Source: Candidatus Latescibacterota bacterium
GTDB lineage: Bacteria > Latescibacterota > UBA2968 > UBA8231
DNA length: 39,501 nt
Direction: 5' to 3'
NCBI GenBank assembly: GCA_022820705.1
Contig: JAJEEZ010000439.1
Span: forward strand, 1-39,501
A program made the translations under genes and the position numbers. Position 1 is the stretch's first letter; the number at the start of each line of letters is the position of its first letter. Positions 18,084 through 26,628 of the stretch are shown here, piece after piece. Below the pieces are notes generated by a model. It did no database searches. It was given only the letters and a program-made list of their open reading frames with translations, and was not told the origin of the DNA.

Positions 18084-18099
18084 AGCAATAATCGTGCCA
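18084..18099 (-). promoter_or_regulatory. Sigma-54 (-24/-12) promoter TGGCACGATTATTGCT upstream of the ECF sigma gene
   Basis: The minus-strand reading of 18099..18084 is TGGCACG-N4-TTGCT. This is a full match to the TGGCACG-N4-TTGCW core with correct GG/GC spacing. The predicted start is near 18073, about 47 nt before the ATG at 18026. Confidence 0.65.
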
Positions 18100-18163
18100 T
18101 TCTTCAATAAGGGGAAAATTCGCGTCTTATCGCCCGTTTTTAGGGGTTTTTGGCACCAAAAAG

Positions 18164-18197
18164 CCTCAGATATTTGAGCATCCTCAGAAATCTGAGG
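18164..18197. promoter_or_regulatory. Two adjacent 16-bp palindromic sites (candidate activator/UAS sites)
   Basis: CCTCAGATATTTGAGC (18164-18179) has 12/16 positions symmetric. CCTCAGAAATCTGAGG (18182-18197) has perfect 7-bp arms. Their centres are 18 bp apart, about 100-115 bp upstream of the predicted sigma-54 start. Confidence 0.4.
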
Positions 18198-18282
18198 CGC
18201 GTCTTTTGACAGGTACAGGGGCAAGCGGTAGATTTCGCACCGGTAAATTCACCCGCGTAATTGCTAAAAATGGAGTGCTTTA

Positions 18283-18900
18283 GTGCAAGAGTTGGCCACG
18301 CGCTTGGAGGCCTTGTGCCAAGCCAAGGGGGCAGAAAAATTCTCGGCTGAAGAAATAGTCGAGCTGTTGGAAGATGGTGAAGAGGTAGATTGGATTCTCG
18401 ATCAAGTGCTGCCGACGGCCACTGAGGCCGATCGCAGAGAAATGGGCCAAGTGCTGGCCGAAATCGCCGCAGCGGTGGCACCTGCTCCCGACGCGGATAC
18501 AGACGATGAAGAACCTGCCGCGGTGGAGGAGTTGGACTTGGCCCAACTCCAGCAGGCCCTGCCGCCCGGAGTTGACGTGCAGCAGGTCGAGGAAATGCTG
18601 CGCTCGCCGCAGGGAGCTATGCTGGCCGATTTTAGCGCCTTTTGCCAAGAGCGCGGATTCGATGGCGAGCTGGGTGAAGCGGAGATGAGCGAGGCCATGC
18701 GGGAATTGCACGAGGAGTGGTTGCAGACGCCGCGACCTGCGCTAGAAGGTGAAAAACCGGCTGCCGTGCTGGACGGAGGTCGGCTCTTTCCCAGCAAGGT
18801 AGAGACCTTCCGCCGCGAAACCCCCAAGGTCGGACGCAACGACCCGTGTCCCTGCGGCAGCGGCAAGAAGTTCAAAAGATGCTGCGGTAAGGCCGCTTGA
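18283..18900 (+). CDS. SEC-C motif domain protein (acidic, function unknown)
   Basis: GTG start with GGAG 8 nt upstream. The C-terminal [19 protein letters not shown] is the SecA-type metal-binding SEC-C motif. Confidence 0.7.
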   Translation: MQELATRLEALCQAKGAEKFSAEEIVELLEDGEEVDWILDQVLPTATEADRREMGQVLAEIAAAVAPAPDADTDDEEPAAVEELDLAQLQQALPPGVDVQQVEEMLRSPQGAMLADFSAFCQERGFDGELGEAEMSEAMRELHEEWLQTPRPALEGEKPAAVLDGGRLFPSKVETFRRETPKVGRNDPCPCGSGKKFKRCCGKAA

Positions 18901-18901
18901 G

Positions 18902-19444
18902 ATGGCCCAGATTCGCCCCTCTACGGCCATTGAAGGCGTCTATATCGTCGAGCTACAGTCGCACGGAGACGAGCGGGGCCGCTTTACCGAGGTGTATCGC
19001 AAGGAGTGGTTTCCCCAGCGCGGCTGGGACGCTTTGCAGTGGAGCCGCTCGGAGTCGCAGCAGGGGGTGCTGCGCGGCTTGCACTATCACCACCGCCAAG
19101 TTGACTACTGGCACTGCGGCATGGGCGCACTGCGCGTCGGGCTGCTCGATCTGCGCCGCAGTTCGCCGACTTGCGGGCAGGGGGAGGTCATCGAGCTAGA
19201 TCAAGAGGCATTGCGGGGCGTCTTTATTCCGGCGGGGGTGGCGCATGGCTTTTACGCCGTCACCGACGCGATGCTTTTCTATTTAGTCGATTCTTACTAC
19301 GACGGGACGGACGAATGGGGCGTGGCTTGGGATGATCCCGATGCGGGGTTGGACTGGGGCATTGAGGGGATGCCGATTCTCTCGCCGCGAGACCAAAACA
19401 ACCCGAGGCTGCGGGATATTCCCGCCGAGGATCTGCCCAGCTAG
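18902..19444 (+). CDS. rmlC: dTDP-4-dehydrorhamnose 3,5-epimerase
   Basis: DERG.F.E...RGLHYH...DYWHC..G....VLLDLRR.S...G; cupin-fold RmlC signature. Confidence 0.85.
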   Translation: MAQIRPSTAIEGVYIVELQSHGDERGRFTEVYRKEWFPQRGWDALQWSRSESQQGVLRGLHYHHRQVDYWHCGMGALRVGLLDLRRSSPTCGQGEVIELDQEALRGVFIPAGVAHGFYAVTDAMLFYLVDSYYDGTDEWGVAWDDPDAGLDWGIEGMPILSPRDQNNPRLRDIPAEDLPS

Positions 19445-19488
19445 AATTTATCTCAAAACTAAAACTTCTTTTGAAATAGGTTTGTTCT

Positions 19489-20004
19489 ATGACCCGACTT
19501 GAACTTGCTCACCGCATCTATCAGACCGCTCACCTGCGCGGACAATTTACCTTGCGCTCAGGTGCGACAGCCACAGAGTATTTCGACAAATATCAGTTTG
19601 AAACCCGTCCGGAGCTCCTCCGCGTACTCGCCACCCACCTCCAGCCCTTAATCCCCTCCGACACAGACATCCTTGCAGGTCTCGAACTCGGTGGGGTGCC
19701 CATCGCCACCATGCTCGCTCAGCTTTCGGGATTGCCTGCCTGCTTCGTGCGCAAACAGGCCAAAGAATACGGCACCTGCAAACTCGCCGAAGGCCCCGAC
19801 ATCGCCGACAAAAATCTGCTGATTGTTGAAGATGTCGTCACGTCCGGTGGACAGATTGCTCTTTCCGCCCAAGATCTGCGCAACCTTGGCGCAGAGGTTT
19901 CACAGGCCATCTGCGTAATTGACCGCGAATCCGGTGGCACCGAGAGTCTAGCCCGAGAAGGCATTGAACTCCACGCTTTATTTCGGATGAGCGAACTGAA
20001 GTGA
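19489..20004 (+). CDS. pyrE: Orotate phosphoribosyltransferase
   Basis: FTLRSG....YFDKY, and the PRPP loop LLIVEDVVTSGG. Confidence 0.9.
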   Translation: MTRLELAHRIYQTAHLRGQFTLRSGATATEYFDKYQFETRPELLRVLATHLQPLIPSDTDILAGLELGGVPIATMLAQLSGLPACFVRKQAKEYGTCKLAEGPDIADKNLLIVEDVVTSGGQIALSAQDLRNLGAEVSQAICVIDRESGGTESLAREGIELHALFRMSELK

Positions 20005-20020
20005 AACCGTTCATGATACG

Positions 20021-20053
20021 AAAAAGGGGGCCTCGGCTGAGGTCCCCTTTTTT
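20021..20053. terminator. Bidirectional intrinsic terminator between convergent pyrE and smc
   Basis: A5 run, then a 9-bp stem gggggcctc/gaggtcccc (one G-U pair) with loop ggct, then a T6 run. Confidence 0.8.
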
Positions 20054-20074
20054 GTCGGTGCGCTTCCGCTTTGG

Positions 20075-23000
20075 CTAGCCCGCTGCTGCAGCTTCCAATT
20101 CCTCGCCCTCGACCCGCACTGAAACGAGCTGAGAAACCCCTTCCTCGGGCATGGTGACGCCGTGCAGAGCGTCGGCTGCCGCCATGGTGATCTTGTTGTG
20201 CGTCACGACGACGAATTGCGTCTCGCGGGCAAATTCCTTGAGCACGCGCACGAAGCGGTTGATGTTGGCGTCGTCGAGCGGGGCATCGACCTCGTCGAGA
20301 ATGCAGAACGGGCTGGGCTTGACTTGGTAGATGGCAAAGAGCAGGGAGATGGCTGTCAGTGCCCGCTCGCCGCCCGACAGCAGGGCAATGTTTTGCAGGC
20401 GCTTGCCACGGGGACGGGCGATGATGTCGATGTGGGCCTCTAGGGCATCGACGTTTTCTTCGAGACGGAGGTCGGCTTCGCCGCCGGGGAAGAAGCGGAT
20501 AAAAGTCCCTTTGAACGTCTCGCGAATCTGCTCGAAAGACTTGAGGAACATCCGCCGCGCCGTGCGGTCGATTAGGCTGAGGGTTTTCTTCAGATCCTCG
20601 GCGGCGATGACCAGATCGTCGCGCTGTTGGCGGAGAAAGTCGTAGCGCTCCTTTTGTTCTTGATGTTCTTCCAAGACGCCCAAGTGTACCGAGCCCAAAC
20701 GGTGTAGGGACTGCCGCAACTGGTCAATGCGCTGTTGCGATGCTTCTTCGTCGATGGCTTCGTCGAGGGGCCCCATGGCCGAGACATCGCAGTGATACTC
20801 CTCCTGCAAGCGCTCGCGAATGTGCTGGGTCTGTAGTTGCAATTCGGAGATGCGCACTTCGAGGCTCGTGCGGCGCTCGCGCTGGTCGTTGAGCTGCCGC
20901 TGCAAGCGGCTGATGTTTTCCTGCAACTCGCGGTTTTGGGTGTTGGCGGTAGCCCAGTGTTGGCGGCGCTGGTCTTGCTCGGCAGCCAAGGTCTCGCGGC
21001 CTTGATGCAGTCCTTTGAGTTCGTCTGTTAAGGCCGTGCTGCGCGCACTGCAATCGGCCTGTTGGCGCTCGGCTTCGGTCCCCTCAGCCGCTAGACGTTC
21101 GATATTATTGTGTAGGTTGGCGTCGATGTTTTTCAGGCGGGTGGCGTCTCGTTCTAGCCCTTGGACCATTTCGGCGGTGCGGGCGTGTTCCACTTGGAGG
21201 GTGTTCAGTGCTTCGCGCCGCTCGCGCCGATGGGTTTCGCTCTGTTTGAGGTCTTCTTCCAAGGCGCTGCTTTCTTCGCTGAGGCGGGTGCTCTCAGTCT
21301 CGTTGTGGCGCAGGTGTTCGGCTTGTTCGGCAATGCTTTGGTCGAGGGCTTGGCAACGCTTGGCCAAGCTGGTGCTCTCGCCGTGGAGTTGCTTGAGACG
21401 CGCGGCGAGCCGCTCGGCATCAGCGCAGGCGCGCTGGTGCTGGTGGACCTGCTCGCGCTCCTTGGCGTGCCAAGTTTCGCTCTCAGCGGCTAGGTTCTCT
21501 AAACGTTGAGTGAGTACGCCGAGTTGCTCGGCGAGTGCATCGAGTCGAGGGCCAAGGGCTGCGTAGCGAGCTTTTTGGTGGGCGACGAGCGAGTGCAAGG
21601 TGCGGATTTCCCGCCCGCGGCCGAGGACGCCTGAATCCTCGGCTTGACTCTGGCCGCCCGACGCGAGGCCAAAGAGATCGACGGCGTCGCCATCGGGCGT
21701 GACGCAGCGCACGTAGGCATCCGGGTAGCGGCGCGTCAGGGCTAATGCGGTTTGTAAATCGTCCACTAGAAAGGTATTGTGCAAGAGGCTGGCGATTAGG
21801 GGGGCGATAGAGGCTTCGGGCCGCACGTAATCCAGCAGCGGGCCGCGCAGTCCGGGCATGGGATCTGGGTCTAAGACCGGGCCGAGGGTGCGGGGAGGAG
21901 CTTCTAGCGATAGAATGCCGACGCGCCCGGAACGCTCTCGGAGATGGGCAATGCCTTTGAGCAAGCCGCTGTCCGAGTCGGCGATCAATGCTTGCAGCGC
22001 CTCGCCGAGGGCGACCTCGACCGCGCGGGCGTGTTCTGTTTCGACTTCGACTAGGTCGCCGAGGACGCCGCGAAAGAGAGCGGCGTGGGGCGATTCGAGC
22101 ATTAAGGTGCGGACTCCGCTCTGATAGCCTTGGTAGCCGGCGCGGACTTTTTCGAGGACTTGCAGCCGCGCTTGGTTGGCCTCAGCGGCGCGCTGGGCCG
22201 CATCGCGTTGGGTGCCGAGTTCGCGGAGGTCCTTCTCGGTTTGGTCGCGGGCAGCGAGGGCTGTGGTGCGCTGTTGCTGGCAGACGGATAGCTGCTGCCG
22301 AGTTTCGGCGAGGGTGGCTTCGGCGGCTTCGGCCGCTTGCAGGGCTTGCTCGCGCTCGGCTGTGGCCGCGTCCTCTTCGCCGCGCATGGCAACGGCGCGT
22401 TCGTCGAGTGCGTCGCGCTCGGCCTGTTGGCGCTCGAGTGCGCGGCTTATTTCGCCTCCTTGGCGCAGGTGCTCCATGCGCTGGCGCTGGCGTTGGTCTA
22501 GTTCCGTTCGGTAGCTGTTGTATTCCTCTTCGGCTTGGGCGGCGCGCTGCTGATGGTCTTGCAATTTGCGCTCTATTTGCACAAAGGCCGTGCGCGCTTC
22601 GTCGAGGTGCGCGGTATTGTCGCGGCCCTGCTGCTGCACGGTTTTGAGTTGGCTGCTGTAATCGGCGCGTTCGCGGGCCGTGCGCTCGCGGATTTGTTCG
22701 GCCGCCTCGCGCCGTTCGCGCACGGCCACGAGGAGTTGTTCGCGCTCGTGTATGGTTTCGATGCGGCGATTGAGTTCAAGGCCCGCTTCCTGCATGGCTT
22801 TCTCGGCTTCGGTCAGCACGAGGCGCGCCCTTTCGAGCTCGGCCTCGCGGTTGGTGAAGCGGGTATAGCCTTCTTCGGCCGCCTTGCTGAGTGCGGCGAA
22901 TTCGTCTTGCAATGGAGAGATTTGGGCATTGAGGGCGAAGAAACGCTGGCGCCCCAAGCGCACGTCGAGCTGGTCCAATTCCCCTTTGAGTTCGCGGTAG

Positions 23001-23641
23001 CGGCGCGCTCGGCCTACTTGGCGGCCGAGATAGTCAACTTGGCGTTTGACCTCGGCGATGATGTCTTCAATCCGCTGTAGATCAGCTTGGGTGGCTTCTA
23101 AGCGATTCCGCGTGGAGCGCCGCCGAACTTTGTACTTGGTGATGCCGGCGGCCTCTTCGAGGATGCGGCGGCGGTTCTCGGTCTTATCGCTGATGATTTC
23201 ATCGACCATGCCCTGTTCCATCACCGCATAAGCACCTTGGCCCAAGCCAGTATCCATGAGCAGGTTGGTAATGTCCAAGAGGCGGCAGGGGATCTTGTTG
23301 AGCAGGTAATCGCTTTCGCCAGAGCGGAAAAGACGCCGGGTTAGCACGACCTCGGCGAATTCGACGGGCAGCGCACTATCGCGGTTTTCAATCGCCAGCG
23401 CGACTTCGGCCATGCCGAGGGCCTTGCGCTGGCGAGTGCCGGCAAAGATCACGTCCTCCATGCGCTGGCTGCGGAAAGAGCCGGCGCGTTGTTCACCTAG
23501 AACCCAGCGGATGGCCTCCACCACGTTGGATTTGCCGCAGCCGTTGGGGCCGACGATGGCCGTAATGCCCGGCTCGAAGGGAATGACGATCTTTTGGGCG
23601 AAGGACTTAAAACCGAAAATCTCGAGTTGATTGAGGCGCAC
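20075..23641 (-). CDS. smc: Chromosome segregation protein SMC
   Basis: 1188 aa. N-terminal Walker A FKSF...GPNGCGKSN, long coiled coils, a hinge, and C-terminal LSGGE...LDEVDAPLD. GTG start with AGGAG 8 nt upstream. Confidence 0.95.
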   Translation of the reverse strand: MRLNQLEIFGFKSFAQKIVIPFEPGITAIVGPNGCGKSNVVEAIRWVLGEQRAGSFRSQRMEDVIFAGTRQRKALGMAEVALAIENRDSALPVEFAEVVLTRRLFRSGESDYLLNKIPCRLLDITNLLMDTGLGQGAYAVMEQGMVDEIISDKTENRRRILEEAAGITKYKVRRRSTRNRLEATQADLQRIEDIIAEVKRQVDYLGRQVGRARRYRELKGELDQLDVRLGRQRFFALNAQISPLQDEFAALSKAAEEGYTRFTNREAELERARLVLTEAEKAMQEAGLELNRRIETIHEREQLLVAVRERREAAEQIRERTARERADYSSQLKTVQQQGRDNTAHLDEARTAFVQIERKLQDHQQRAAQAEEEYNSYRTELDQRQRQRMEHLRQGGEISRALERQQAERDALDERAVAMRGEEDAATAEREQALQAAEAAEATLAETRQQLSVCQQQRTTALAARDQTEKDLRELGTQRDAAQRAAEANQARLQVLEKVRAGYQGYQSGVRTLMLESPHAALFRGVLGDLVEVETEHARAVEVALGEALQALIADSDSGLLKGIAHLRERSGRVGILSLEAPPRTLGPVLDPDPMPGLRGPLLDYVRPEASIAPLIASLLHNTFLVDDLQTALALTRRYPDAYVRCVTPDGDAVDLFGLASGGQSQAEDSGVLGRGREIRTLHSLVAHQKARYAALGPRLDALAEQLGVLTQRLENLAAESETWHAKEREQVHQHQRACADAERLAARLKQLHGESTSLAKRCQALDQSIAEQAEHLRHNETESTRLSEESSALEEDLKQSETHRRERREALNTLQVEHARTAEMVQGLERDATRLKNIDANLHNNIERLAAEGTEAERQQADCSARSTALTDELKGLHQGRETLAAEQDQRRQHWATANTQNRELQENISRLQRQLNDQRERRTSLEVRISELQLQTQHIRERLQEEYHCDVSAMGPLDEAIDEEASQQRIDQLRQSLHRLGSVHLGVLEEHQEQKERYDFLRQQRDDLVIAAEDLKKTLSLIDRTARRMFLKSFEQIRETFKGTFIRFFPGGEADLRLEENVDALEAHIDIIARPRGKRLQNIALLSGGERALTAISLLFAIYQVKPSPFCILDEVDAPLDDANINRFVRVLKEFARETQFVVVTHNKITMAAADALHGVTMPEEGVSQLVSVRVEGEELEAAAAG

Positions 23642-23790
23642 GGTCTAGCTCCTGCCGGGCGCTGGGGAGGGGCGCTCCGCGGGGAAGAGGGTGAGGTGCG
23701 GGCGATGCTAGGGGAGTAAGAAACGGCCCGGGGAAAGGCCATGTTTTAAGTACTCAAAAACGAGAAACGCTGTCAAGGCACTTGCCGCTA

Positions 23791-24279
23791 TCAGAAATCT
23801 AGGGCCGAGTCATCAACCGTGGCTGGATCGTCTTCCTTGCCCATGGCGATGATGTGCTCGGCCGTGATCTCCTGGCGGCCGGCGTATCCGGCATTCAGTT
23901 CGTGCCAGTAGGCGACTTGGGGTTCGCCGCGCTGCCAGCACAACAGCACCCAACGACCTTGGTAGGTGGTGGGGAAGTCGAGGAGACCGCGTTCGAGGCC
24001 GCCGACTGGGAAGCGGATGCCCTCGGCGATGATTTCCTCGGCGACGATGTGCTTAATGTCGATGATTAGGTCGTTGATGCGGCGACGGTGCTGGTCAAAG
24101 GCCTCGCGGTCGGGGTTGGTGCTGCGGGTGACCGCTTGGCCCCAGAGCGCGTCGAGAATTTGCAACTGCTGATCGTGGTAGCGGACGGCTCCCTTCTTGA
24201 CCTCTAGGCGCTGGAGCGCGTCTTCTAGCTGAGGCAGCTTGGCGTTGGCCTCTTCAATTGTAAATGCCTTGCGCGTCAT
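23791..24279 (-). CDS. DUF2203-like protein (function unknown)
   Basis: The N-terminal FTIEEANAKLPQLE pattern is typical of DUF2203 as I recall it. No other motif was recognised. Confidence 0.55.
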   Translation of the reverse strand: MTRKAFTIEEANAKLPQLEDALQRLEVKKGAVRYHDQQLQILDALWGQAVTRSTNPDREAFDQHRRRINDLIIDIKHIVAEEIIAEGIRFPVGGLERGLLDFPTTYQGRWVLLCWQRGEPQVAYWHELNAGYAGRQEITAEHIIAMGKEDDPATVDDSALDF

Positions 24280-24405
24280 GGAACTTTGCGAGATGAGAAT
24301 GTTTGCTCGTCTTGTGGCAAAGTATAGGCATTGAGGTGCTGCGCTACAAGCCCTTGCGCTACCTTTGGCGATGCGTGATATTTAACACTGTTTTGCGACG
24401 TGGAA

Positions 24406-24439
24406 GGGGTCGGCGCAGCCAGCCCCGTCTTTTTATTTT
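24406..24439 (+). terminator. Terminator-like hairpin plus T-tract with no upstream plus-strand gene (immediately before gatC)
   Basis: ggggtcggcgcagccagcccc (a GC-rich stem with one mismatch and one G-U pair) is followed by gtctttttatttt. It ends 17 nt before the gatC ATG. Confidence 0.45.
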
Positions 24440-24456
24440 AAGTTCAAAGTTCACCT

Positions 24457-24744
24457 ATGGCGGTTACTATAGAAGAGGTCCACGGGGTCGCTGAGTTGGC
24501 TCGGTTGCGCTTTTCGCCCGCAGAGGAGGAAAGGCTAGCTGGGGAGCTCAACCGCATCTTGCGCTACATGGACACGCTCAACGAGCTGGACACCACGGGC
24601 GTAGAGCCAACGTCTCACGTGCTGCCCCTCGCCAACGCGTTTCGCCGCGACGAGGCCGCGCCCTTTCCCGCCGCGGCCGAAATCGTCGCTGCGGCCCCGC
24701 AGCGACAAGAGGACTACTTCAAAGTTCCGAGAATCATCGATTGA
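24457..24744 (+). CDS. gatC: Asp-tRNA(Asn)/Glu-tRNA(Gln) amidotransferase subunit C
   Basis: 95 aa. V..VA.LARL.....E......L..IL.Y...L.ELDT.GVEPT.H; classic GatC. Confidence 0.9.
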   Translation: MAVTIEEVHGVAELARLRFSPAEEERLAGELNRILRYMDTLNELDTTGVEPTSHVLPLANAFRRDEAAPFPAAAEIVAAAPQRQEDYFKVPRIID

Positions 24745-24812
24745 CTATTGAGAAGCGGAGGCAGGGCACTGTCGCCGCTTCTTTGTTTGGGCAGCTCGAA
24801 GGAGCGCGCAAC

Positions 24813-26603
24813 GTGGCCACAGAATACAAAGGCCCCAAATACGTCGTCGTAACTGGCGGCGTGATAAGCGGTGTGGGCAAGGGCTTGACCACAGCTTCCA
24901 TCGGCAAGATCCTGCAGCAATACGGCTACAGCACCACAGCCGTCAAGATCGATCCGTACATCAACTACGACGCTGGCACCATGCGGCCCACCGAGCACGG
25001 CGAGGTGTGGGTAACGGACGACGGCGGCGAAATAGATCAGGATTTGGGCAACTACGAGCGCTTCTTGGGGTTGGACCTGCCGCGCTCCAACAACCTGACC
25101 ACTGGGCAGATTTACCACACGGTCATCGAGCGCGAGCGCCGCGGCGAATACCTCGGCGAGACCGTGCAGCCGATCCCCCACATTACGGATGAGATCACCC
25201 GCCGCTTGCAGGAAGCGGGCGCGGGCTACGATATCGTGCTGGTCGAGATCGGCGGCATTGTCGGCGACTATGAGAACGAGCCGTTCCTCTTCGCTGTGAA
25301 GACCCTAGAGCGAGACTTGGGTGAGGAGCACTTTGCGCACCTGCTAATCACCTATCTGCCCATACCTCCACACGTGGGCGAGATGAAGACCAAGCCCACG
25401 CAGCAGGCTATTCGCATGCTCAGCGAGCACGGCATTTTCCCCGACTTCATCGTCTGTCGCGCCGAGACCGCCACCGACGAGGTGCGCAAGAAAAAGATCC
25501 AGATCGGGGCCAACGTGCCCTACGACCACATCATTTCGGCCCCAGATTCGGAGACGATCTACAATATCCCGCTGGTTTTAGAAAAAGAGAGGCTCGGCGA
25601 GAAGATCCTCAGCCGGCTCGGCTGCACGCCCAAGAAGACTCCAGACTGGCGGCCTTGGCTGGAATTGGTCAAGCGCAGTCGGCAGCCGCGCCAGTGCGTC
25701 CGCGTGGCCATGGTCGGCAAATACGTGGTCACGGGCGACTTTCAGCTAACGGACTCGTACATCTCAGTCAATCAGTCGCTGATACACGCTGGCGTGGCGT
25801 CGGATGCGCGGGTCGAGATTACTTGGATTGATGGCCATCAATTTGAGCGCGGCGAAATGGAACTGGCAGAACTCGACGCATTCGATGGTATTATCGTCCC
25901 CGGGGCCTTTGGTGGGGGAGGGGCTGAAGGCGTGATTGCGGCCATTCGCTACGCCCGCGAGCACAACATCCCCTATTTGGGCCTGTGCTACGGCTTGCAA
26001 CTGGCCGTGATTGAATACGCCCGCAATGTGGCCGGGGTTACTGAGGCTACTTCCGAGGAGTTCGACGCGGATTCCGAGTGGAAGGTCATCTGCGTCCAAG
26101 ACACCGAGCAAAAGAGCGCGCTAGAGGAAAATCGCTACGGCGGCAGCATGCGCTTGGGCGCATACGCCGCGGTGTTCAAAAGCGACAGCCGCGTCCTCCA
26201 GATTTACGAAGCGTCGGGCCGCCTCAACGAAGACGCCCGCCGCATCGAACAACTGCTGGCCAATCCCGACCAAGCGTTCCGCGTTGGCTTGGTCATGCTG
26301 GAGCGCGACAAAGTCGCCCTAGAGCGCCATCGCCATCGCTACGAGGTCTCGCCCCGCTTCGTCGAACTGCTCGAAGAGGAGGGGCTGGTCTTTTCGGGGT
26401 ATCACCGCCGCGTAGATGGCACTCGCTTGATGGAGTTTATCGAGTTGCCAGATCACCGCTTCTTTATCGCCACCCAAGCCCATCCCGAGTTTAAGTCGCG
26501 GATGGACAATCCTTCACCTCTGTTTGCCGGGTTTGTCGAGGCCGCGCTGGCCTACCAACAGGAGATTGCAAGCCATGAGGAGGGGCAGGCGGCGGCCTCC
26601 TAG
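24813..26603 (+). CDS. pyrG: CTP synthase
   Basis: KYVVVTGGVISGVGKG, DPYINYDAGTM.P..HGEV, and the GATase part GLCYGLQ...HRHRYEV. I prefer GTG at 24813 (GAAGGAG 7 nt upstream) over TTG at 24741. Confidence 0.9.
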   Translation: MATEYKGPKYVVVTGGVISGVGKGLTTASIGKILQQYGYSTTAVKIDPYINYDAGTMRPTEHGEVWVTDDGGEIDQDLGNYERFLGLDLPRSNNLTTGQIYHTVIERERRGEYLGETVQPIPHITDEITRRLQEAGAGYDIVLVEIGGIVGDYENEPFLFAVKTLERDLGEEHFAHLLITYLPIPPHVGEMKTKPTQQAIRMLSEHGIFPDFIVCRAETATDEVRKKKIQIGANVPYDHIISAPDSETIYNIPLVLEKERLGEKILSRLGCTPKKTPDWRPWLELVKRSRQPRQCVRVAMVGKYVVTGDFQLTDSYISVNQSLIHAGVASDARVEITWIDGHQFERGEMELAELDAFDGIIVPGAFGGGGAEGVIAAIRYAREHNIPYLGLCYGLQLAVIEYARNVAGVTEATSEEFDADSEWKVICVQDTEQKSALEENRYGGSMRLGAYAAVFKSDSRVLQIYEASGRLNEDARRIEQLLANPDQAFRVGLVMLERDKVALERHRHRYEVSPRFVELLEEEGLVFSGYHRRVDGTRLMEFIELPDHRFFIATQAHPEFKSRMDNPSPLFAGFVEAALAYQQEIASHEEGQAAAS

Positions 26604-26628
26604 TTCGGTGGGCGGTACAATCGTCTCA

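Noticed and set aside
18151-18165. Plus-strand TGGCAC-N6-GC element (TGGCACCAAAAAGCC) facing the SEC-C gene.
   Set aside because: The GG/GC spacing is right, but the -12 region is AAGCC instead of TTGCW. It is much weaker than the minus-strand site 55 nt away.
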